Assembly: GCA_964187785.1 (NCBI GenBank)
Contig: OZ076414.1
Span: 48,732,001 to 48,796,000 of the forward strand
Reading direction: 5' to 3'
Origin: Amphiscolops sp. MND2022
Taxonomy: Eukaryota
DNA length: 64,000 nucleotides
The notes below the pieces were generated by a model. That model made no database searches and was not told the origin of the DNA. It was given only the letters and a program-made list of their open reading frames with translations. A program made the position numbers and the translations under genes. This document shows, in pieces, positions 24,159-34,746 of this stretch; the stretch's first letter is position 1; each line of letters begins with the position of its first letter.

Positions 24159-24989
24159 ATGTCGGACATTCAAAAAGACATCGAATCGTTTGAAGACCCC
24201 AAAATACGAAGGGTTCTGCTCCAACTATATGGAAATTTACTCGTCAAAGAAGAAGAAATTATTGTGTTACAAAGCCGCGTTACGGAGCTGGAGACAAGGG
24301 TGTTGGAGAATGAGAAGTATATGTCAAAAGACTGTTTAATTTTTGAAAACATGCCCAGAACAGATGACAGCATGACACTATCCCAACAGGTTTGCGAGTT
24401 TTTAAAGATTTATCTTAATCACAACACCAACCCTGCAAATTTCAAGGCGTGTCACGAACTTGGTCGCGGAAAAGGTATTTATCCTCCTGCAGTCATCGTA
24501 AAATTCATATACTTTGGTGACAAAAATGAGATTTTCCTGAGAAAATCATGGCTTGCACGAGCGAGAAACCCAAAAAATGGCCGCCCAATTTTCATCAAAG
24601 AGAGACTCCCAAAATTTCAAAAAGAGTTAAAAGAGCATGCGGAATCAATGGACATTGTCACGACTACGAATAACTGTAACATCAAAGTTTTTACCAAAAC
24701 CACGGATGGATCCTTCAAAAGTGTCACTGTTAACACAAAAAAAGCTATTAACGATATAAAGAGTGAGGCAGTGGTAAAACAAAGAGCAAGCAGTGGTAAA
24801 ATGTACAACAAGCCTGCAGACCCAAAAACGCCAGAAAGAGATAAAGATATCGATGACAATAATTTATTAAAAAGAGTAGCAAAAAGGATACGAGAATCCC
24901 CTGGTGATGGAGTAGCCGTACTAAAGCAATTTTGTTTGGACACCCGAGCTAATATGGAAGAGGAAACGATACCCAAAGGAGACTCATAA
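24159..24989 (+). CDS. LINE ORF1 protein (coiled coil + RRM-like + CTD), 276 aa
   Basis: Motif LETRVLENEKYMSKDCLIFENMP matches the ORF1p 'LE..SR..NLII.G.PE' pattern. PPAVIVKF and IFIKERL segments. Lies upstream of ORF2. Confidence 0.8.
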   Translation: MSDIQKDIESFEDPKIRRVLLQLYGNLLVKEEEIIVLQSRVTELETRVLENEKYMSKDCLIFENMPRTDDSMTLSQQVCEFLKIYLNHNTNPANFKACHELGRGKGIYPPAVIVKFIYFGDKNEIFLRKSWLARARNPKNGRPIFIKERLPKFQKELKEHAESMDIVTTTNNCNIKVFTKTTDGSFKSVTVNTKKAINDIKSEAVVKQRASSGKMYNKPADPKTPERDKDIDDNNLLKRVAKRIRESPGDGVAVLKQFCLDTRANMEEETIPKGDS

Positions 24990-25114
24990 ATTGCAGTCAA
25001 ATTTAAAAATCTGAAACAAAGTAACTATAGCAAACGTTCCATTTAGGCAGTGAAAAATACAAAATAAAGAATTTGACTGCAATTTCGGTAACACCGCCAA
25101 CATCAACTCTTTAA

Positions 25115-27943
25115 ATGAATCTAACATCTACTGAGAACCAACAACATGCTTTCCAGACTTTTCTTTTTGGTTTAAATATACGTTCACTAAGACATAACTT
25201 TGAAGAATTGGAATTACAGGTGGAGGAATATTTACCTGAATTGATTTTTCTAACCGAAACATGGCTCACAGAAAGCGACCCACTAACTCATTATAATATA
25301 AATGGTTATCAAGAGATAGAATCGAAACCTAGAATTACAGGGATCCGTGGAGGTGTAGCTTTCTACGCTAAAGATGAAATTGCGTACGAGGTACTGGAAT
25401 ATGAAAGTGAACTTGAATGTCTCATAGGAACTTTCACGTTTAGCAAAGGCAATAAGAAAAACTTTTGTGTTGTCTATAGGCCAGATTCCATACTTTACAG
25501 TAAGTTTCTTGAATTAATGGAATCGCTTCTTAGTTTCTTAAGGTCACAGAAAAATGATTGCATCATATTCGGCGATTTTAATATAAATACACTTATTGAA
25601 AACTCTGAATCGATAAACTACACAAATCTTTTAGCAGCCTACGGGTTCAAAATACAAAACTCCGAACCAACACGTGTCACAAGTACGACGGCAACTTGCT
25701 TAGATCACATTATTTCCAGCAACGAGATCAATACAAAAACAGTGAAAATAACAATCAGTGACCACTACGCGATTGAGACTGATTTATCATGGCTAGGAAA
25801 ACAAAATAAAAGAAGTTCGGATAATAATTATACACTTGTTAGAAATCTCAATCATATCAAGAAAAATAAAATTCTTAATTTCCTTTTCCTTCTGGATCAG
25901 AAACTACGCCAAATCAATGAAAATGCAGACGTTGATACTTATGTAACTAAAATAATTGACTGCATAATTAACTGTCTTGATCGCTTTGCGCCAGAAAAAC
26001 CACCTAGTGAAAAGAAACATTCACCTTGGATAAATAATAAGATTAAAAACCGCATTCAAAAACGGAACCTTTTGTTTCAAAAATGGATTAAGGATCCTAG
26101 TGAACAAAATCGTCAAGCCTTAAAGAACTTGAGAAATGAGATTAGAGGACTAATACGGAACGCTAAACGCGAGCAAAACTTCAAAGAACTAGGCTCTAAT
26201 CCTTCATCCAAAACGATTTATAAGAAATTAAAATATAAAAATGTTCAAAAGCAACAAGTCCACGGATCCCTCGATGCAAATAAAATGAATAAACATTTTG
26301 CAACCATTGGTCAAACTCTCTCTTCAAACATTCCTCACACTGACTTCACAAGCAATATAAAAACTGTGGAGAATAGTATGGTTCTGAATAAAACAAATAT
26401 TGATGAAATAACAGCTATTCTAAAGAAGCTCAAAAACAAACGGAGCACTGGTCCCTCAGGCATAAGCAATGAAATATTAAAACTATGTTCCCCTGTTATC
26501 GAGCCATATATATGCAAAATTGTGAACAAATGCATAGAGGAGGAAACATTTCCTGAGTGTCTGAAGGTGGCAAAAGTAATCTCACTGTATAAAAAAGGCG
26601 ATAAAACAAATCCCGAGAACTATCGTCCCATAAGCCTCTTGAGTCCAATAGGCAAAATAATTGAAAAAATACTTCATAAACAAATGAATAAGTATTTTAC
26701 CAAATATAATTTATATTCGAAAAATCAATTTGGATTTCGCAGTAAAAGGAGTTGTAATCACGCGGTAGCTGAATTAACGGATTATATAAGGAATGCAATT
26801 GATGAACGGCGCTCTGGCAGCGCTTGCTTTATTGATTTAGAAAAGGCATTCGATACACTTGATCATTCTATCCTCTTGCAAAAGCTATATAGATACGGCT
26901 TCAGAGAGCCAATTTTCAACATCATCAAAAATTATCTTTCAAATAGGAAACAATATGTATTACAGGATGGAAAAAAATCGGATGTTCTAAGTATAAACAC
27001 TGGTGTTCCACAAGGTTCTGTTCTCGGACCATTTCTATTTCTCGTTTACATTAACGACTTACCAAAGGAATGCAATCTGAGCATGATAACATTATTCGCA
27101 GATGATACAACCGTCTACAATATTGGCCAAAATACATCTGAGGAAATTTGCAATGATATCCAAAATCTTAGGAACTGGTTTAAAGAGAATAAACTAACTG
27201 TCAATATAGGAAAATGTGAGTATGTTTGTTTCGGTCGTGCTCAACCTCTTAGCGAAGAAGCTTTTGGCCAGAGAATTTCACTAAAAGATCATTGTAAATA
27301 TCTTGGTGTCACAATTGACGAGAAACTCAATTTCAAAGAGCATATTAAATACGTAACAAAGAAACTGAATAAATTTTGTGGTTTGATGTATAAGGTAAGG
27401 CACATATTTCCCGCGAGATGTCTCTTACTGTTTTACAAAACCATAGCTAAACCAATAATCAAATATGGCCTAATGAATTATGGTGCAACTGCAAAAACGA
27501 ACTTGGATCCTATCGAAAAAGCGCAACGAAGGATATTACGGGCAATTTTCTTTAAGAAGCAAACAGACTCACTAGAAAATGTGTATGCGTCACATAACAT
27601 ACTGACAATTCATGAAACCTATATTGCTGAACTCGTATGTGAATTATTTCGACAATTGAGGGGTAATTCGCCGTTTGACTTTGTGGCCGGTAGTTTCATA
27701 CCGCCCGATATAAACACCCGCAGAAGAAAAAGAGGTTTACTGAAAATAACTTTCAGCAGAACAGAAACTAAACGGCGATCGTTAAAAAATTCAATTGTGA
27801 AAACGTACAATTGGTTGAAAACGCTCGATCTTATCCCATCAAATATTAAAAACTTAAGTGAAAATGCAACAAAAAACCTCATAAACGGTATTGCTCATAA
27901 TTATGTTTCGAACAACAGAGACTTGTTCAATGTTTATTTTTGA
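25115..27943 (+). CDS. LINE ORF2 protein: apurinic endonuclease + reverse transcriptase, 942 aa
   Basis: APE motifs LNIRSL, LTETWL, GGVAFY, GDFNIN, LDHI, SDHY. RT motifs NYRPISLL, QFGFR, FIDLEKAFD, GVPQGSVLGP, FADD, KYLGV. Confidence 0.97.
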   Translation: MNLTSTENQQHAFQTFLFGLNIRSLRHNFEELELQVEEYLPELIFLTETWLTESDPLTHYNINGYQEIESKPRITGIRGGVAFYAKDEIAYEVLEYESELECLIGTFTFSKGNKKNFCVVYRPDSILYSKFLELMESLLSFLRSQKNDCIIFGDFNINTLIENSESINYTNLLAAYGFKIQNSEPTRVTSTTATCLDHIISSNEINTKTVKITISDHYAIETDLSWLGKQNKRSSDNNYTLVRNLNHIKKNKILNFLFLLDQKLRQINENADVDTYVTKIIDCIINCLDRFAPEKPPSEKKHSPWINNKIKNRIQKRNLLFQKWIKDPSEQNRQALKNLRNEIRGLIRNAKREQNFKELGSNPSSKTIYKKLKYKNVQKQQVHGSLDANKMNKHFATIGQTLSSNIPHTDFTSNIKTVENSMVLNKTNIDEITAILKKLKNKRSTGPSGISNEILKLCSPVIEPYICKIVNKCIEEETFPECLKVAKVISLYKKGDKTNPENYRPISLLSPIGKIIEKILHKQMNKYFTKYNLYSKNQFGFRSKRSCNHAVAELTDYIRNAIDERRSGSACFIDLEKAFDTLDHSILLQKLYRYGFREPIFNIIKNYLSNRKQYVLQDGKKSDVLSINTGVPQGSVLGPFLFLVYINDLPKECNLSMITLFADDTTVYNIGQNTSEEICNDIQNLRNWFKENKLTVNIGKCEYVCFGRAQPLSEEAFGQRISLKDHCKYLGVTIDEKLNFKEHIKYVTKKLNKFCGLMYKVRHIFPARCLLLFYKTIAKPIIKYGLMNYGATAKTNLDPIEKAQRRILRAIFFKKQTDSLENVYASHNILTIHETYIAELVCELFRQLRGNSPFDFVAGSFIPPDINTRRRKRGLLKITFSRTETKRRSLKNSIVKTYNWLKTLDLIPSNIKNLSENATKNLINGIAHNYVSNNRDLFNVYF

Positions 27944-28028
27944 CTTTCAAATGATTTTGAAATTTTCAAAATTCTCCTACACAGCTCCTATTTATTTTTT
28001 TTCTCTTAAAAAAGCATGTTGGTTCTCG

Positions 28029-28072
28029 GGGCGAAGACTTAATTGACGAGCTGAAAAGCTCTTTCTTCGTCC
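28029..28072 (+). other. LINE 3' UTR stem-loop (putative RT recognition element)
   Basis: GAGCT-GAAA-AGCTC hairpin with a GNRA loop (28048-28061), inside an outer stem GGGCGAAGA/TCTTCGTCC. Confidence 0.6.
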
Positions 28073-30713
28073 TTTTGACGATAATATATCTTCAATGTAT
28101 TTATGTTTCATAGAAGTAATGTAATTTATAATCGTCAATAAATTAAACTATTCAACTATTCAACTATGTATTTGGAGTGAATTTAATTTACAAACAATGC
28201 TTCAAGTCTGCTTTCCACGATTTTATGTTCAATGGGATTTCTGTTTTCCATTCATGACAAACCCATTTGTAAAAATGCCGGAAGTGTTTTTTTTATAACA
28301 TTTCAATTTAGGTTTTGTTATGTATGTTTGGAATTCAGGAGATTCTCTCTGGCTCGAGACAAATTTTGAGATAAAACAGAACATCAGACAATCTAACGGC
28401 TGAATGTCTCTTCAACTACTGGTTTTGATACAATGTGTTTCCTAAGTTCTTTTCATCTTCAAAGCTACTGAAGAAGAACAAAACTACCTTAAATGTATTT
28501 TTCATTACCATCTGGCATTGTCTATCTTGAACGTTTTTCAAGCATACATTCTGAAAAGCTTTTTGAAGCATTAGTAGTTTGACCCCTAGCTTGTAATTTC
28601 CTGCTTGCCGCGATTTTGAGTGTAATGACGTCATCGATGATTGTTTGTTTTAATGAGAAACGAATTTAATTATTATTTTTTTCCTTTTGATTTTTAAAAA
28701 ACAAATTGTGAGAAAAAGGAACTTCTTTTGATTTCAGGTAAACCTTTTTCACTCCGATTCAATTCAGAGTATCAAAAGCGTCCATACTGGTAAACGAATT
28801 CAACCGTTCTTTGACGTATATCATCCTTCAAAAAGATGTCAATCTTCCGTTCAGTTATCATCCTATTATAAATTATCTCATTATAGTACGTAGTGGGTTG
28901 AATAATATACCATTATAAACTATTCGTTTTCCGTTCTGCACATTTTTCACTAATTCCAAACGTTCATTCCAGAAACTTCAATTTCCAAAGAATTTTATTT
29001 TCAAAGTCTTTGTAAGTAATTTTTAATTTTGACTAAACGACTTTTGCTTTCGCATACGTTATTTACACTTGTGGTATAAAAAGCGTCAGCTATCGCTAAA
29101 CAATAGCTTATCCTGCTCTCCTCATGCTTTGCTTTTTCTTTGAAGCCTGCAAGGCCTCTGAATGAACTTGGGAATGATTACGAGAAACTCAACTTTAAAT
29201 GTGCAGGAAAAGTTGATCACGAAATTTGATCACAATGAAAGACCCAAGTTGTGAATGAAATTTTAGAAAATGAATATTCATAAATAGAAAACTGTCGATA
29301 CCTGTTCCGACACCTTATGATATCAATTTCTGCATTTTACCATTGTGCTCACAGGCAGTTTTTGGGACCATCCTAAAAATATCACTATATACAAAAAGGG
29401 ACATTTTGGTTCCACAACGTTTTTCCTAACTGATACGCTTGAAAGCGGACATTTAAATTAATTCTTTGGATCAATTTTACCACAAATGTAGAAACTTCTA
29501 AATCCTGATCAGCGACTTTTAAAATTCATTGTTAGCAGTTTGTTTTTATCAAAGAAAAGAAAAACGGCGAAAATTTGATGTCCTGTTGTCACGTGTTGAT
29601 AGAAGACCCTTTTCTAAATGTTTTTTGCTTTTACTTAACCACAAAAGCAAAGTGTTTGAGAGATATCATTGTTTGAAATATATGTGGACCGCATCAATTT
29701 TTGACGTGAACTATAAAACCCTATTGTAAAATATATTCGAAGAAATATCTGAAAATAAATATCATCACAAGATCTTTGGTATTTTGGAAACTTTCGTGGA
29801 GATTTCCGTCGATACTGCACATGAAAGGGAAACTTTTTGAATCAGCTGTGTTTTTCCAAGATTTATCTTGTTCCAAAGGGCTGAAGGCCAATTACACCCA
29901 GGCTGAAGGATGTCGCCATAGAATTCAGCTGACGTAAACTTAGTTTCATGCGTTATGTCTCTGTAGAGAGTTTTAGATTCTTTTCTTTGACATCAGAAAA
30001 TCCAGAACGACACAAACTGACACCGAAAAAGACTAAAGTTCCAAAATTTTTCGTTTCCCAAAAAATTAATTGTAAGTTTTGTATAATTCTCAGTTTAACT
30101 ATAATTCCCAGAACAATTATTTCCAAGTTTATTCCGGTTCTCATGCTTTTAGTGTACAAGTTTCGAAGGTTTTTCTGAGTTACAAAGGTCACAGCAATCA
30201 AAGAGGAACCACCTATTCATTATGTTTTTTTGATGAGAAAGTTGTAATGTTTTGCATCAAACACTGATCCAAACGACAACCACCAATGAGTTGAAAACAG
30301 AAAATTTCAAATTTTTTCAGTGCAAACTTTGTGAAGTTTTATGCAAAGTTCGTGAAACTTTTGATATGTTTCGAGAGGTAAAGATTGTTCAAAAACGACT
30401 GCAGTCAAAACCTATTTAGCTTTTTCAAAGAAACATTCACGTATTTATAATTAGAAAGGGAAACAAACTGATCCAAAAGAAGTAGAAACTTTCATCTTTT
30501 GACAATTTTGGTGATTGTATGCGTATAGTTTCGTGAGTGAGACGGTTCTAAAAGCTCCAAACCATTAATCACATCATCGTTCAGTACGCCATCGCAGAAA
30601 AATTTTGTAGTTTTCCAGGTAGAATTATCACTCAAAAGGCCCAATAACGTCGAAACTCATTCATAACATTTCGGAATTCAAGTTTTCCGGAAAATTTGTA
30701 ATTTTTTGCTCCG

Positions 30714-31099
30714 AATTTGTTCCGAAAAATTGAAGGAAAAATAAGTCGAGTTAGCCAGTTTCAAAATGCTGTAAAAATGTGTAGAATTGAATTTGAGTGC
30801 TAGTTTTCGCCCAATCGACATATTTTGACCCAAATGAGAGATTTAAACTATAAAATCGAAAATCGAAGCCAAAAAATTTTCAATTCCCCTCTTACGTCCC
30901 ATTTTGGATTCCTTTTTCAAAGTCAGTGTATATTTGGACTTTATTCTTTGTTTATCGTATTTAACTTGATATGAACTCCATATTTGGGCTACGTGGGTGT
31001 CTCTAGGACCCATGAGGACTATTTTTCAACTTCACTGAGTATTTCACAGCAAATAACATGTGTAAATGTATGCCTTAATCTTGCTTAAATGTATGCCTT
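30714..31099 (+). repeat. BEL 5' LTR, left piece
   Basis: Matches 55316-55701 with 2 substitutions by eye. Lacks the first 14 nt (TGTTGGCGCCTCAA) of the 3' LTR. Confidence 0.85.
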
Positions 31100-32858
31100 T
31101 GTCGCAGCCCCAAAGATGCGATGGGTCCGGAGTGCATCAGTAAAAGATAACCAACGACTTCGACAAACATTCTAAATACTGATATTTTTGTTTCTTTTCT
31201 CTTCATTTTTAACAAGTCATGTAAATTCTAGGTATATTTTGTATATTTGGATCATTGTGAGATTTTCCTGAGCTGTTATTGAAAGATAATTCATGTAAGA
31301 AGGCGCTAAAATACATGGTTCATTACAAATATTAGTGTAAAACTCTCTATGCTATGAATTCCGTGCTTATTATGCGTCAATATGCCGTAAATGTTGTGAC
31401 GTATAAGCGTCAAAAGTCATTTTTAGAATATTTTATATGCGTCATCATACGTAAACTTGACTCACGCATATGCGGCATTGTACGTTTTTAACTACAAGAC
31501 AATATACGTTTTTGGATAAACTGCATATGCGGCAATATGCGTTTTTACAATGCAATTATACACTGTTGAGCAGTTCTTATGTTATCGTATGTACGTCAAC
31601 ATGCGGTTTTCGCAGTGAAAGTATGAACGAATTGTGCAATATGGATTATGGAGTGTATGTGCTATTGTGCGTTATTGAATGTTGATGCTTACATGTTGTA
31701 TACGCTATCCTGCAGTACAGGGAATACCGCATATACGTCATTATGCATTTTTAGCTGTACTCTCATCATTTTGAAGTCATGTAGCGTTTAATTCATCTAA
31801 TGATACTTGAAACGTATTATACAGCGTCTAGCCTTGTTTTCCTAGGATTTTCACGGTCCCTTGATAATATTTAGGGTGTCATTGTAGTGTGATTTAAAGG
31901 ATATAAACAGAATGATGTGATTTTGACGTTATACTGTTTTTAGCTCTTCAAACTTTGAAGAGCTAAAAACAGTATAACGTCAAAATCACATCATTCTGTT
32001 TATATCCTTTAAATCACACTACAATTATTGAAATACAATTATTGAATAATGATACCTGTAAATGTGATTGTCATCCTTTTTGTATTTTTTGGAAAACTGA
32101 AGGGACCATTCATTCGAATTTTATCTCTCCCATCAAGCAGTTGCTCACTTTTCAACCTGGTCTTTTGAAAGCAGTCTTTTTGACTAACATTGTTTTATCT
32201 CCCGAATTGTCTTTAGATAATTCTTTTGAATAAATTCAAATTCTTCCCCAACAGCCAAAATATCGTTTTCCTTTGAGAAAGATGGGGAACAAAAGAAGTA
32301 GAAGGTCCAGGAGATTGGAGACCCCGTCTCCAGAAAGAGAACTCAATGAAACACAGGTAGAAACATCAACCCAAGGTAATATTACTTTGACAAATGCTGA
32401 ATCTAATACCCATAGAAACCTTGACAATGATGAACTTAGGAACCAATTAATTGAACCTAGCCAATTAAGCAATGAAATACAAGCGTGGACTGAGAATTTT
32501 GAACAAAAGAACAATGATAGAATAACAAAAATGAGAGAAGAAATGGAGAACAAACTAGATGCAATCCTGAAGGAGATAAAATCTAATAAAAGTGTATCAA
32601 CAGTAACAAACCCAAGATCTGAAATGGATGATATACAAAACATACAGCCTTCGGGATCCAAAACTAATAGGTCTATTGGAGTACACGCATCTCACATCTA
32701 TAACTCAGACTCAGAAAACGACGATTATCCTCTACAAGCTTCTAAAATGGGAGACCTGAAACATCCTGCTAAACCATTGTTCAGATGCGAATCTGATGTA
32801 GATGTAACTATACATTCGGACGAAGAGTCCGACGCAGAGGAAGTGGAGGATTATCACA
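31100..32858 (+). repeat. Gypsy 5' LTR (1759 bp)
   Basis: TGTCGCAGCC...GATTATCACA. About 99% identical to 46215-47879 (~15 substitutions by eye), plus one 94-bp insertion. Confidence 0.95.
31881..32025. repeat. Perfect 145-bp palindrome (72-bp arms, 1-nt loop) present only in the 5' LTR
   Basis: 31881-31952 is the exact reverse complement of 31954-32025. The 3' LTR has only the left arm. Confidence 0.95.
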
Positions 32859-33979
32859 TGGTGACAGGAGCTAACAAACATCTCCATAGACAAAGTTCAC
32901 AAAACTCCCAACCCTTAAACGATACCATTGGATCCCGCGCAGATCGACAAACATCAACAGCCATAAAAACGCCTTCTGACCCAGTAAACCAAATTGCCCA
33001 AGCAATAGAGAAACTAGCAAACAAAAATGCACCACAATCACTGTTTCATCCAAAAAACACATTGACTTTCAATGGAAAAAATGAGAAAAATGAGAAATTC
33101 GAATACTTCGAAGACTTGTTCCACACTACGCTTCGTATGCAGCCAAATCTAACCGAGGAAATGAAAATTAATCACTTCCACGCTCACCTTAGGGGTTTAG
33201 CCTTGAAAACCTTCGAAAACATACAAAGAACTCCAACCACAACCCTAGAGGACATCTTGAAGGTCTTCCGTAGAAAATATGTAAAACCAGAATCCAGTGC
33301 TTCGGCAAAGCACCGATTTAACAGACTTTTCTTTGACCCCGAAAACCAAAAACTACCAGACTTCCTCGAAGAGCTCCAAGAAAGTGCTGAAAAAGCGTTT
33401 GGAGACAATGCACATCCGATGATAGAGAATTTACTCTATGCAAAGATGCCCCCTCACCTTAAAAAATCCATCAATCAGACCTATCTTGAGAATGGGAGTT
33501 ACGAACAGATCGTAAAACATCTCGAGAGAGAGATGGAACTAAACGGCTTGGAGGCAGACGAACCGTCGGTCAAGACCCAAATGACCGTCACCAAAAAAGA
33601 ACAAAAGACTGACAAACCGACCAAAAAACAAAATGAAAACCCTAAAACGCAAACCCCAAAAACAGTACCCAACAAGACACTTAAAAATGACCAATGCCGT
33701 TATTGCAAAGAGGCGGGCCACATGATGGCCAACTGCCCCAAATTAGCAAAACGGCGTAAACTTGAAGAAGATCCGGATGCAGAAAAATGTCAAAACTGCA
33801 ACACACCCGGGCATGAAGAGGAAAACTGCTACTTTGGTGCCAATATGGAAAATCGTCCATCGAAATGGAACCTTACTGACGCTCAAAAGAAAGTCATCGA
33901 AGCTTACAAACAAGCTCGAAAACCTATTAAACCAAAAATAGAACGACCTCAACAATCCTCTTCCAAGGATTTAAACTAG
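32282..33979 (+). CDS. gag: Gypsy Gag, 565 aa from the first ATG, starting inside the LTR
   Basis: Two CCHC knuckles (CRYCKEAGHMMANC, CQNCNTPGHEEENC) and a retrotrans-gag-like core. ORF is open from 32273. Confidence 0.92.
   Translation: MGNKRSRRSRRLETPSPERELNETQVETSTQGNITLTNAESNTHRNLDNDELRNQLIEPSQLSNEIQAWTENFEQKNNDRITKMREEMENKLDAILKEIKSNKSVSTVTNPRSEMDDIQNIQPSGSKTNRSIGVHASHIYNSDSENDDYPLQASKMGDLKHPAKPLFRCESDVDVTIHSDEESDAEEVEDYHMVTGANKHLHRQSSQNSQPLNDTIGSRADRQTSTAIKTPSDPVNQIAQAIEKLANKNAPQSLFHPKNTLTFNGKNEKNEKFEYFEDLFHTTLRMQPNLTEEMKINHFHAHLRGLALKTFENIQRTPTTTLEDILKVFRRKYVKPESSASAKHRFNRLFFDPENQKLPDFLEELQESAEKAFGDNAHPMIENLLYAKMPPHLKKSINQTYLENGSYEQIVKHLEREMELNGLEADEPSVKTQMTVTKKEQKTDKPTKKQNENPKTQTPKTVPNKTLKNDQCRYCKEAGHMMANCPKLAKRRKLEEDPDAEKCQNCNTPGHEEENCYFGANMENRPSKWNLTDAQKKVIEAYKQARKPIKPKIERPQQSSSKDLN
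32859..32870 (+). promoter_or_regulatory. Gypsy primer-binding site, tRNA-Leu-like
   Basis: TGGTGACAGGAG immediately follows the LTR-terminal CA. 11/12 match to the Leu PBS TGGTGTCAGGAG. Confidence 0.7.
33970..33976 (+). promoter_or_regulatory. -1 ribosomal frameshift heptamer T TTA AAC at the gag/pol junction
   Basis: Correct X XXY YYZ phase just before the gag TAG. The -1 frame (FKLETPRLS...QVETINIQ) is open into the protease ORF. Confidence 0.8.
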
Positions 33980-34047
33980 AAACGCCACGCCTTAGCAATC
34001 GAAACGCCCAAATAACAGAAAAACCACAAGATGACTGGCAGCATCAA

Positions 34048-34746
34048 GTGGAAACAATAAATATACAACTCAAACAACTCACCACAGAACCAGAATACAC
34101 ACCCCAAACACATAATCACTCCGACAACGATGAACCTCCACAGGAATCATACTATGAACTTATGAGAGATGCTCCTGATAAGTATTTTTCAGACAATACT
34201 CAAACCCCCCCTCTACCTACAGATAAACCACCAGCAAATGAACACCCGAGTACTTTTTCTTGCACTGAACAAAAACAACCCCTTCTAGATGAAGATATCC
34301 CAAACCACATCCAGTTTGATCAGGAACGCAACCTGTCATATCTACCTATGTCAACCTCGCTAACATTGAAACGAAAACGCCATATGTACTATATGCCAAT
34401 GGACTTCGAAAAACTCACACTTGACGGACTCATCGACACAGGAGCCCTGACTAGTGCAATCTCCGAACAAGACCTTAACAAAATCAAATTAATTGCAAAT
34501 GAAGCAATAAAAGATACTGGCCCCCCATCAAACTTTCAAATTATGGTGGCTAACGGTCAATTAGAAGTACCCATCGGCACAGTTTTACTTGAATTCGAAG
34601 TGGCTGATTTCATGTTACGAGAAAATTTCATTATCATGAAAAACCTACCAAACCCACTCATTGGTCTCTGCTTTCTCCGCAGAAACAATGCAGTTTTTGA
34701 TGTCACACAAGGCATCCTAACTTTCCATACCTCTCAATGCAACTAA
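34048..34746 (+). CDS. pol: Gypsy Pol N-terminal part, aspartic protease
   Basis: LIDTGA catalytic motif and LIGLCFL flap-end motif. Separated from the RT frame by an apparent 1-nt deletion near 34727. Confidence 0.9.
   Translation: METINIQLKQLTTEPEYTPQTHNHSDNDEPPQESYYELMRDAPDKYFSDNTQTPPLPTDKPPANEHPSTFSCTEQKQPLLDEDIPNHIQFDQERNLSYLPMSTSLTLKRKRHMYYMPMDFEKLTLDGLIDTGALTSAISEQDLNKIKLIANEAIKDTGPPSNFQIMVANGQLEVPIGTVLLEFEVADFMLRENFIIMKNLPNPLIGLCFLRRNNAVFDVTQGILTFHTSQCN

Larger units (their letters stand above)
24100..28167 (+). mobile_element. Non-LTR retrotransposon (LINE, CR1/L2/Crack group), both ORFs intact
   Basis: ORF1 plus an APE-RT ORF2 lacking a C-terminal CCHC. AATAAA at 28137-28142 is followed by an (AACTATTC)n tail at 28146-28167. 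5' end approximate; no TSD identified. Confidence 0.9.

Noticed and set aside
28400-30300. Degenerate genes downstream of the LINE
   Set aside because: Only short broken frames with no identifiable domain or splice structure.
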